Source of the DNA: Eledone cirrhosa
Lineage: Eukaryota
Direction: 5' to 3'
DNA: 64,000 nt
NCBI GenBank assembly: GCA_964016885.1
Contig: CAXHJY010000928.1
Location: 620,001-684,000, forward strand
Shown piece after piece: positions 1 through 13,700 of the stretch. Below the pieces are notes generated by a model. That model had not been told where the DNA came from, made no database searches, and saw only the letters and a program-made list of their open reading frames with translations. The first letter of the stretch is position 1; every line of letters begins with the position of its first letter. The position numbers were made by a program, and so were the translations under genes.

Positions 1-3000
1 GACAACACTTACTACACTGTCAGCATTGTGTTAGTGATATTTTGAGAGACATGAGACACTTACTACACTGTCATCATTGTATTAGTGATGTTATGAGAGA
101 GACAAGAGACAACACTTACTACACTGTCATCATTGTGTTAGTGATGTTATGAGAGACACAAGAGACAACACTTACTACGCTGTCATCATTGTGTTAGTGA
201 TGTTATGAGAGAGACATGAGACTACACTTACTACACTGTCATCATTGTGTTAGTGATGTTATGAGAGACACAAGAGACAACACTTACTACGCTGTCATCA
301 TTGTGTTAGTGATGTTATGAGAGAGACATGAGACAACACTTACTACACTGTCATCATTGTGTTAGTGATGTTATGAGAGAGACATGAGTCAACACTTACT
401 ACACTGTCATCATTGTGTTAGTGATGTTATGAGAGACACAAGAGACAACACTTACTACACTGTCATCATTGTTAGTGATGTTATGAGAGACACAAGAGAC
501 AACACTTACTACACTGTCATCATTGTGTTAGTGATGTTATGAGAGAGACATGAGACAACACTTACTACACTGTCATCATTGTGTTAGTGATGTTATGAGA
601 TAGACATGAGGCAACACTTACTACACTGTCATCATTGTATTAGTGATGTTATGAGAGAGACAAGAGACAACACTTACTACACTGTCATCATTGTATTAGT
701 GGTGTTATGAGAGAGATGTTGAGACAGCACTTACTACACTGTTAGAATTGTGTTAGTGATGTTATGAGAGAGACATGAGACAACACTTACTACACTGTCA
801 TCATTGTGTTAGTGATGTTATGAGAGAGACATGAGACAACACTTACTGCACTGTCATCATTGTGTTAGTGATGTTATGAGAGACACAAGAGACAACACTT
901 ACTACACTGTCATCATTGTGTTAGTGATGTTTTGAGAGACACAAGAGACTACACTGTCATCATTGTGTTAGTGATGTTATGAGAGAGACATGAGACAACA
1001 CTTACTACACTGTCATCATTGTGTTAGTGATGTTATGAGAGAGACATGAGACAACACTTACTACACTGTCATCATTGTGATAGTGATGTTATGAGAGAGA
1101 CACGAGACAACACTTACTACACTGTCATCATTGTGTTAGTGATGTTATGAGAGAGACATGAGACTACACTTACTACACTGTCATCATTGTTAGTGATGTT
1201 ATGAGAGACACAAGAGACAACACTTACTACACTGTCATCATTGTGTTAGTGATGTTATGAGAGAGACATGAGACTACACTTACTACACTGTCATCATTGT
1301 GTTAGTGATGTTATGAGAGACACAAGAGACAACACTTACTACACTGTCATCATTGTGTTAGTGATGTTATGAGAGAGATGTTGAGACAGCACTTACTACA
1401 CTGTCATTGTATTAGTGGTGTTATGAGAGAGACATGAGACAACACTTACTACACTGTCATCATTGTATTAGTGGTGTTATGAGAGAGACATGAGACAACA
1501 CTTACTACACTGTCATCATTGTGTTAGTGATGTTATGAGAGAGACATGAGACAACACTTACTACACTGTCATCATTGTATTAGTGATGTTATGAGAGAGA
1601 CAAGAGACAACACTTACTACACTGTCATCATTGTTAGTGACTTTATGAGAGACACAAGAGACAACACTTACTACACTGTCATCATTGTGTTAGTGATGTT
1701 ATGAGAGAGACATGAGACAACACTTACTACACTGTCATCATTGTGTTAGTGATGTTATGAGAGAGACATGAGACAACACTTACTACACTGTCATCATTGT
1801 ATTAGTGTTGTTATGAGAGACACATGAGACAACACTTACTACGCTGTCATCATTGTGTTAGTGATGTTATGAGAGAGACATGAGATTACACTTACTACAC
1901 TGTCATCATTGTGTTAGTGATGTTATGAGAGACACAAGAGACAACACTTACTACGCTGTCATCATTGTGTTAGTGATGTTATGAGAGAGACATGAGACTA
2001 CACTGTCATCATTGTGTTAGTGATGTTATGAGAGACACAAGAGACAACACTTACTACGCTGTCATCATTGTATTAGTGGTGTTATGAGAGAGACATGAGA
2101 CAACACTTACTACACTGTCATCATTGTGTTAGTGATGTTATGAGAGACACAAGAGACTACACTTACTACACTGTCATCATTGTGTTAGTGATGTTATGAG
2201 AGACACAAGAGACAGCACTTACTACGCTGTCATCATTGTATTAGTGATGTTTTGAGAGAGACATGAGACTACACTTACTACACTGTCATCATTGTGTTAG
2301 TGATGTTATGAGAGACACAAGAGACAACACTTACTACGCTGTCATCATTGTGTTAGTGATGTTATGAGAGAGACATGAGACTACACTGTCATCATTGTGT
2401 TAGTGATGTTATGAGAGACACAAGAGACAACACTTACTACGCTGTCATCATTGTATTAGTGGTGTTATGAGAGAGACATGAGACAACACTTACTACACTG
2501 TCATCATCGTGTTAGTGATATGAGAGACACAAGAGACAACACTTACTACACTGTCATCATTGTGTTAGTGATGTTTTGAGAGAGACATGAGACAACACTT
2601 ACTACACTGTCATCATTGTGTTAGCGATGTTATAAGAGAGACATGAGACAACACTTACTACACTGTCATCATTGTGTTAGTGATGTTATGAGAGAGACAT
2701 GAGACAACACTTACTACACTGTCATCATTGTGTTAGTGATGTTATGAGAGACACAAGAGACTACACTTACTACACTGTCATCATTGTGTTAGTGATGTTA
2801 TGAGAGACACAAGAGACAGCACTTACTACGCTGTCATCATTGTATTAGTGGTGTTATGAGAGAGACATGAGACAACACTTACTACACTGTCATCATCGTG
2901 TTAGTGATATGAGAGACACAAGAGACAACACTTACTACACTGTCATCATTGTGTTAGTGATGTTTTGAGAGAGACATGAGACAACACTTACTACACTGTC

Positions 3001-6000
3001 ATCATTGTGTTAGTGATGTTATGAGAGAGACATGAGACAACACTTACTACACTGTCATCATTGTGTTAGTGATGTTATGAGAGAGACATGAGACAACACT
3101 TACTACACTGTCATCATTGTGATAGTGATGTTATGAGAGAGACACGAGACAACACTTACTACACTGTCATCATTGTGTTAGTGATGTTATGAGAGAGACA
3201 TGAGACTACACTTACTACACTGTCATCATTGTTAGTGATGTTATGAGAGACACAAGAGACAACACTTACTACACTGTCATCATTGTGTTAGTGATGTTAT
3301 GAGAGAGACATGAGACTACACTTACTACACTGTCATCATTGTGTTAGTGATGTTATGAGAGACACAAGAGACAACACTTACTACACTGTCATCATTGTGT
3401 TAGTGATGTTATGAGAGAGATGTTGAGACAGCACTTACTACACTGTCATTGTATTAGTGGTGTTATGAGAGAGACATGAGACAACACTTACTACACTGTC
3501 ATCATTGTGTTAGTGATGTTATGAGAGAGACATGAGACAACACTTACTACACTGTCATCATTGTATTAGTGATGTTATGAGAGAGACAAGAGACAACACT
3601 TACTACACTGTCATCATTGTTAGTGATGTTATGAGAGACACAAGAGACAACACTTACTACACTGTCATCATTGTGTTAGTGATGTTATGAGAGAGACATG
3701 AGACAACACTTACTACTCTGTCATCATTGTGTTAGTGATGTTATGAGAGAGACATGAGACAACACTTACTACACTGTCATCATTGTATTAGTGATGTTAT
3801 GAGAGACAAGAGACAACACTTACTACACTGTCATCATTGTGTTAGTGATGTTATGAGAGACACAAGAGACAACACTTACTACGCTGTCATCATTGTGTTA
3901 GTGATGTTATGAGAGAGACATGAGACTACACTTACTACACTGTCATCATTGTGTTAGTGATGTTATGAGAGAGACATGAGACAACACTTACTACATTGTC
4001 ATCATTGTGTTAGTGATGTTATGAGAGACACAAGAGACAACACTTACTACGCTGTCATCATTGTGTTAGTGATGTTATGAGAGAGACATGAGACTACACT
4101 TACTACACTGTCATCATTGTGTTAGTGATGTTATGAGAGAGATGTTGAGACAGCACTTACTACATTGTTAGCATTGTGTTAGTGATGTTATGAGAGACAC
4201 AAGAGACAACACTTACTACACTGTCATCATTGTGTTAGTGATGTTTTGAGAGACACAAGAAACAACACTTACTACACTGTCATCATTGTGTTAGTGATGT
4301 TATGAGAGAGACATGAGACAACACTTACTACACTGTCATCATTGTGTTAGTGATGTTATGAGAGAGACATGAGACAACACTTACTACACTGTCATCATTG
4401 TGATAGTGATGTTATGAGAGAGACACGAGACAACACTTACTACACTGTCATCATTGTGTTAGTGATGTTATGAGAGAGACATGAGACTACACTTACTACA
4501 CTGTCATCATTGTGTTAGTGATGTTATGAGAGACACAAGAGACAACACTTACTACACTGTCATCATTGTGTTAGTGATGTTATGAGAGAGATGTTGAGAC
4601 AGCACTTACTACACTGTCATTGTATTAGTGGTGTTATGAGAGAGACATGAGACAACACTTACTACACTGTCATCATTGTATTAGTGGTGTTATGAGAGAG
4701 ACATGAGACAACACTTACTACACTGTCATCATTGTGTTAGTGATGTTATGAGAGAGACATGAGACAACACTTACTACACTGTCATCATTGTATTAGTGAT
4801 GTTATGAGAGAGACAAGAGACAACACTTACTACACTGTCATCATTGTTAGTGATGTTCTGAGAGACACAAGAGACAACACTTACTACACTGTCATCATTG
4901 TGTTAGTGATGTTATGAGAGAGACATGAGACAACACTTACTACACTCTCATCATTGTGTTAGTGATGTTATGAGAGAGACATGAGACAACACTTACTACA
5001 CTGTCATCATTGTATTAGTGATGTTATGAGAGAGACAAGAGACAACACTTACTACACTGTCATCATTGTGTTAGTGATGTTATGAGAGACACAAGAGACA
5101 ACACTTACTACGCTGTCATCATTGTGTTAGTGATGTTATGAGAGAGACATGAGACTACACTTACTACACTGTCATCATTGTGTTAGTGATGTTATGAGAG
5201 AGACATGAGACAACACTTACTACACTGTCATTGTGTTGTGATGTTATGAGAGACACAAGAGACAACACTTACTACGCTGTCATCATTGTGTTAGTGATGT
5301 TATGAGAGAGACATGAGACTACACTTACTACACTGTCATCATTGTGTTAGTGATGTTATGAGAGACACAAGAGACAACACTTACTACGCTGTCATCATTG
5401 TGTTAGTGATGTTATGAGAGAGACATGAGACTACACTGTCATCATTGTGTTAGTGATGTTATGAGAGACACAAGAGACTACACTTACTACACTGTCATCA
5501 TTGTGTTAGTGATGTTATGAGAGACACAAGAGACAACACTTACTAAGCTGTCATTGTATTAGTGGTGTTATGAGAGAGACATGAGACAACACTTACTACA
5601 CTGTCATCATCGTGTTAGTGATGTTATGAGAGACACAAGAGACAACACTTACTACACTGTCATCATTGTGTTAGCGATGTTATAAGAGAGACATGAGACA
5701 ACACTTACTACACTGTCATCATTGTATTAGTGATGTTATGAGAGAGACAAGAGACAACACTTACTACATTGTCATCATTGTGTTAGTGTTGTTATGAGAG
5801 AGAGATGTTGAGACAGCACTTACTACACTGTCATCATTGTATTAGTGGTGTTATGAGAGAGACATGAGACAACACTTACTACACTGTCATCATTGTGTTA
5901 GTGATGTTATGAGAGAGACATGAGTCAACACTTACTACACTGTCATCATTGTGTTAGTGATGTTATGAGAGACACAAGAGACAACACTTACTACACTGTC

Positions 6001-9000
6001 ATCATTGTTAGTGATGTTATGAGAGACACAAGAGACAACACTTACTACACTGTCATCATTGTGTTAGTGATGTTATGAGAGAGACATGAGACAACACTTA
6101 CTACACTGTCATCATTGTGTTAGTGATGTTATGAGATAGACATGAGGCAACACTTACTACACTGTCATCATTGTATTAGTGATGTTATGAGAGAGACAAG
6201 AGACAACACTTACTACACTGTCATCATTGTTTTAGTGGTGTTATGAGAGAGATGTTGAGACAGCACTTACTACACTGTTAGCATTGTGTTAGTGATGTTA
6301 TGAGAGAGACATGAGACAACACTTACTACACTGTCATCATTGTGTTAGTGATGTTATGAGAGAGACATGAGACAACACTTACTACACTGTCATCATTGTG
6401 TTAGTGATGTTATGAGAGAGACATGAGACAACACTTACTACACTGTCATCATTGTGTTAGTGATGTTATGAGAGAGACATGAGACAACACTTACTACACT
6501 GTCATCATTGTATTAGTGATGTTATGAGAGAGACAAGAGACAACACTTACTACACTGTCATCATTGTATTAGTGTTGTTATGAGAGAGATGTTGAGACAG
6601 CACTTACTACACTGTCATCATTGTATTAGTGGTGTTATGAGAGAGACATGGGACAACACTTATTATACTGTCATCATTGTGTTAGTGATGTTATGAGAGA
6701 CACAAGAGACAACACTTACTACACTGTCATCAATGTTAGTGATGTTATGAGAGACACAAGAGACAACACTTACTACACTGTCATCATTGTGTTAGTGATG
6801 TTATGAGAGAGACATGAGACAACACTTACTACACTGTCATCATTGTGTTAGTGATGTTATGAGATAGACATGAGGCAACACTTACTACACTGTCATCATT
6901 GTATTAGTGATGTTATGAGAGAGACAAGAGACAACACTTACTAGACTGTCATCATTGTATTAGTGGTGTTATGAGAGAGACATGAGACAACACTTACTAC
7001 ACTGTCATCATTGTGTTAGTGATGTTATGAGAGAGACATGAGACAGCACTTACTACACTGTCATCATTGGGTTAGTGATGTTATGAGAGAGATGTTGAGA
7101 CAGCACTTACTACACTGTCATTGTATTAGTGGTGTTATGAGAGAGACATGAGGCAACACTTACTACACTGTCATCATTGTATTAGTGGTGTTATGAGAGA
7201 GACATGAGACAACACTTACTACACTGCCATCATTGTGTTAGTGATGTTATGAGAGAGACATGAGACAACACTTACTACACTGTCATCATTGTATTAGTGA
7301 TGTTATGAGAGAGACAAGAGACACCACTTACTACACTGTCATCATTGTTAGTGATGTTATGAGAGACACAAGAGACAACACTTACTACACTGTCATCATT
7401 GTGTTAGTGATGTTATGAGAGAGACATGAGACAACACTTACTACACTGTCATCATTGTATTAGTGATGTTATGAGAGAGACAAGAGACAACACTTACTAC
7501 ACTGTCATCATTGTTAGTGATGTTATGAGAGACACAAGAGACAACACTTACTACACTGTCATCATTGTGTTAGTGATGTTATGAGAGAGACATGAGACAA
7601 CACTTACTACTCTGTCATCATTGTGTTAGTGATGTTATGAGAGAGACATGAGACAACACTTACTACACTGTCATCATTGTATTAGTGATGTTATGAGAGA
7701 CAAGAGACAACACTTACTACACTGTCATCATTGTGTTAGTGATGTTATGAGAGACACAAGAGACAACACTTACTACGCTGTCATCATTGTGTTAGTGATG
7801 TTATGAGAGAGACATGAGACAACACTTACTACACTGTCATCATTGTGTTAGTGGTGTTATGAGAGAGACATGAGACAACACTTACTACACTGTTATCATT
7901 GTGTTAGTGATGTTATGAGAGAGACATGAGACTACACCTACTACACTGTCATCATTGTGTTAGTGATGTTATGAGAGAGACATGAGACAACACTTACTAC
8001 ACTGTCATCATTGTGTTAGTGATGTTATGAGAGACACAAGAGACAACACTTACTACGCTGTCATCATTGTGTTAGTGATGTTATGAGAGAGACATGAGAC
8101 TACACTTACTACACTGTCATCATTGTGTTAGTGATGTTATGAGAGAGATGTTGAGACAGCACTTACTACACTGTTAGCATTGTGTTAGTGATGTTATGAG
8201 AGACACAAGAGACAACACTTACTACACTGTCATCATTGTGTTAGTGATGTTTTGAGAGACACAAGAGACAACACTTACTACACTGTCATCATTGTGTTAG
8301 TGATGTTATGAGAGAGACATGAGACAACACTTACTACACTGTCATCATTGTGTTAGTGATGTTATGAGAGAGACATGAGACAACACTTACTACACTGTCA
8401 TCATTGTGATAGTGATGTTATGAGAGAGACACGAGACAACACTTACTACACTGTCATCATTGTGTTAGTGATGTTATGAGAGAGACATGAGACTACACTT
8501 ACTACACTGTCATCATTGTGTTAGTGATGTTATGAGAGACACAAGAGACAACACTTACTACACTGTCATCATTGTGTTAGTGATGTTATGAGAGAGATGT
8601 TGAGACAGCACTTACTACACTGTCATTGTATTAGTGGTGTTATGAGAGAGACATGAGACAACACTTACTACACTGTCATCATTGTATTAGTGGTGTTATG
8701 AGAGAGACATGAGACAACACTTACTACACTGTCATCATTGTGTTAGTGATGTTATGAGAGAGACATGAGACAACACTTACTACACTGTCATCATTGTATT
8801 AGTGATGTTATGAGAGAGACAAGAGACAACACTTACTACACTGTCATCATTGTTAGTGATGTTCTGAGAGACACAAGAGACAACACTTACTACACTGTCA
8901 TCATTGTGTTAGTGATGTTATGAGAGACACAAGAGACAACACTTACTACGCTGTCATCATTGTGTTAGTGATGTTATGAGAGAGACATGAGACTACACTT

Positions 9001-10790
9001 ACTACACTGTCATCATTGTGTTAGTGATGTTATGAGAGAGACATGAGACAACACTTACTACACTGTCATCATTGTGTTGTGATGTTATGAGATAGACATG
9101 AGGCAACACTTACTACACTGTCATCATTGTATTAGTGATGTTATGAGAGAGACAAGAGACAACACTTACTAGACTGTCATCATTGTATTAGTGGTGTTAT
9201 GAGAGAGACATGAGACAACACTTACTACACTGTCATCATTGTGTTAGTGATGTTATGAGAGAGACATGAGACAGCACTTACTACACTGTCATCATTGTGT
9301 TAGTGATGTTATGAGAGAGATGTTGAGACAGCACTTACTACACTGTCATTGTATTAGTGGTGTTATGAGAGAGACATGAGGCAACACTTACTACACTGTC
9401 ATCATTGTATTAGTGGTGTTATGAGAGAGACATGAGACAACACTTACTACACTGCCATCATTGTGTTAGTGATGTTATGAGAGAGACATGAGACAACACT
9501 TACTACACTGTCATCATTGTATTAGTGATGTTATGAGAGAGACAAGAGACACCACTTACTACACTGTCATCATTGTTAGTGATGTTATGAGAGACACAAG
9601 AGACAACACTTACTACACTGTCATCATTGTGTTAGTGATGTTATGAGAGAGACATGAGACAACACTTACTACACTGTCATCATTATGTTAGTGATGTCAT
9701 GAGAGAGACATGAGACAACACTTACTACACTGTCATCATTGTATTAGTGATGTTATGAGAGAGACAAGAGACACCACTTACTACACTGTCATCATTGTTA
9801 GTGATGTTATGAGAGACACAAGAGACAACACTTACTACACTGTCATCATTGTGTTAGTGATGTTATGAGAGAGATGTTGAGACAGCACTTACTACACTGT
9901 CATTGTATTAGTGGTGTTATGAGAGAGACATGAGACAACACTTACTACACTGTCATCATTGTGTTAGTGATGTTATGAGAGAGACATGAGACAACACTTA
10001 CTACACTGTCATCATTGTGTTAGTGATGTTATGAGAGAGACATGAGACAACACTTACTACACTCTCATCATTGTGTTAGTGATGTTATGAGAGAGACATG
10101 AGACAACACTTACTACACTGTCATCATTGTATTAGTGATGTTATGAGAGAGACAAGAGACAACACTTACTACACTGTCATCATTGTGTTAGTGATGTTAT
10201 GAGAGACACAAGAGACAACACTTACTAGGCTGTCATCATTGTGTTAGTGATGTTATGAGAGAGACATGAGACTACACTTACTACACTGTCATCATTGTGT
10301 TAGTGATGTTATGAGAGAGACATGAGACAACACTTACTACACTGTCATCATTGTGTTGTGATGTTATGAGAGACACAAGAGACAACACTTACTACGCTGT
10401 CATCATTGTGTTAGTGACGTTATGAGAGACACAAGAGACAACACTTACTACGCTGTCATCATTGTGTTAGTGATGTTATGAGAGAGACATGAGACTACAC
10501 TGTCATCATTGTGTTAGTGATGTTATGAGAGACACAAGAGACTACACTTACTACACTGTCATCATTGTGTTAGTGATGTTATGAGAGACACAAGAGACAA
10601 CACTTACTACGCTGTCATTGTATTAGTGGTGTTATGAGAGAGACATGAGACAACACTTACTACACTGTCATCATCGTGTTAGTGATGTTATGAGAGACAC
10701 AAGAGACAACACTTACTACACTGTCATCATTGTGTTAGTGATGTTTTGAGAGAGACATGAGACAACACTTACTACACTGTCATCATTGTA

Positions 10791-13700
10791 TTAGTGATGT
10801 TATGAGAGAGACAAGAGACAACACTTACTATACTGTCATCATTGTGTTAGTGTTGTTATGAGAGAGATGTTGAGACAGCACTTACTACACTGTCATCATT
10901 GTATTAGTGGTGTTATGCGAGAGACATGAGACAACACTTACTACACTGTCATCATTGTGTTAGTGATGTTATGAGAGAGACATGAGTCAACACTTACTAC
11001 ACTGTCATCATTGTGTTAGTGATGTTATGAGAGACACAAGAGACAACACTTACTACACTGTCATCATTGTTAGTGATGTTATGAGAGACACAAGAGACAA
11101 CACTTACTACACTGTCATCATTGTGTTAGTGATGTTATGAGAGAGACATGAGACAACACTTACTACACTGTCATCATTGTGTTAGTGATGTTATGAGATA
11201 GACATGAGGCAACACTAACTACACTGTCATCATTGTATTAGTGATGTTATGAGAGAGACAAGAGACAACACTTACTACACTGTCATCATTGTATTAGTGG
11301 TGTTATGAGAGAGATGTTGAGACAGCACTTACTACACTGTTAGCATTGTGTTAGTGATGTTATGAGAGAGACATGAGACAACACTTACTACACTGTCATC
11401 ATTGTGTTAGTGATGTTATGAGAGAGACATGAGACAACACTTACTACACTGTCATCATTGTGTTAGTGATGTTATGAGAGAGACATGAGACAACACTTAC
11501 TACACTGTCATCATTGTGTTAGTGATGTTATGAGAGAGACATGAGACAACACTTACTACACTGTCATCATTGTATTAGTGATGTTATGAGAGAGACAAGA
11601 GACAACACTTACTACACTGTCATCATTGTATTAGTGTTGTTATGAGAGAGATGTTGAGACAGCACTTACTACACTGTCATCATTGTATTAGTGGTGTTAT
11701 GAGAGAGACATGAGACAACACTTATTATACTGTCATCATTGTGTTAGTGATGTTATGAGAGACACAAGAGACAACACTTACTACACTGTCATCAATGTTA
11801 GTGATGTTATGAGAGACACAAGAGACAACACTTACTACACTGTCATCATTGTGTTAGTGATGTTATGAGAGAGACATGAGACAACACTTACTACACTGTC
11901 ATCATTGTGTTAGTGATGTTATGAGATAGACATGAGGCAACACTTACTACACTGTCATCATTGTATTAGTGATGTTATGAGAGAGACAAGAGACAACACT
12001 TACTACACTGTCATCATTGTATTAGTGGTGTTATGAGAGAGACATGAGACAACACTTACTACACTGTCATCATTGTGTTAGTGATGTTATGAGAGAGACA
12101 TGAGACAGCACTTACTACACTGTCATCATTGTGTTAGTGATGTTATGAGAGAGATGTTGAGACAGCACTTACTACACTGTCATTGTATTAGTGGTGTTAT
12201 GAGAGAGACATGAGGCAACACTTACTACACTGTCATCATTGTATTAGTGGTGTTATGAGAGAGACATGAGACAACACTTACTACACTGCCATCATTATGT
12301 TAGTGATGTTATGAGAGAGACATGAGACAACACTTACTACACTGTCATCATTGTATTAGTGATGTTATGAGAGAGACAAGAGACACCACTTCCTACACTG
12401 TCATCATTGTTAGTGATGTTATGAGAGACACAAGAGACAACACTTACTACACTGTCATCATTGTGTTAGTGATGTTATGAGAGAGACATGAGACAACACT
12501 TACTACACTGTCATCATTATGTTAGTGATGTCATGAGAGAGACATGAGACAACACTTACTACACTGTCATCATTGTATTAGTGATGTTATGAGAGAGACA
12601 AGAGACACCACTTACTACACTGTCATCATTGTTAGTGATGTTATGAGAGACACAAGAGACAACACTTACTACACTGTCATCATTGTGTTAGTGATGTTAT
12701 GAGAGAGACATGAGACAACACTTACTACACTGTCATCATTATGTTAGTGATGTCATGAGAGAGACATGAGACAACACTTACTACACTGTCATCATTGTAT
12801 TAGTGGTGTTATGAGAGTGACATGAGACAACACTTACTACACTGTCATCATTGTATTAGTGATGTTATGAGAGAGACATGAGACAGCACTTACTACACTG
12901 TCATCATTGTATTAGTGGTGTTTATGAGAGAGACATGAGACAACACTTACTATACTGTCATCATTGTGTTAGTGATGTTATGAGAGACACAAGAGACAAC
13001 ACTTACTACGCTGTCATCATTGTGTTAGTGATGTTATGAGAGAGACATGAGACTACACTTACTACACTGTCATCATTGTGTTAGTGATGTTATGAGAGAC
13101 ACAAGAGACAACACTTACTACGCTGTCATCATTGTGTTAGTGATGTTATGAGAGAGACATGAGACTACACTTACTACTCTGTCATCATTGTGTTAGTGAT
13201 GTTATGTGAGACACAAGAGACTACACTTACTACACTGTCATCATTGTATTAGTGATGTTATGAGAGACACAAGAGACAACACTTACTACACTGTCATCAT
13301 TATGTTAGTGATGTTATGAGAGAGACATGAGACAACACTTACTACATTGTCATCATTGTGTTAGTGATGTTATGAGAGACACAAGAGACAACACTTACTA
13401 CGCTGTCATCATTGTGTTAGTGATGTTATGAGAGAGACATGAGACTACACTTACTACACTGTCATCATTTTGTTAGTGATGTTATGAGAGAGACATGAGA
13501 CAACACTTACTACACTGTCATCATTGTGTTAGTGATGTTATGAGAGAGACATGAGACAACACTGACTACACTGTCATCATTGTGTTAGTGATGTTATGAG
13601 AGACACAAGAGACAACACTTACTACACTGTCATCATTGTGTTAGTGATGTTATGAGAGAGACATGAGACAACACTTACTACACTGTCATCATTGTGTTAG

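Noticed and set aside
351-358. C-box motif ATGATGA on the minus strand suggesting a tandem C/D snoRNA cluster
   Set aside because: The minus-strand consensus has no D box (CTGA). The rare TCAG-containing variants destroy the C box, and there is no guide or terminal-stem architecture.
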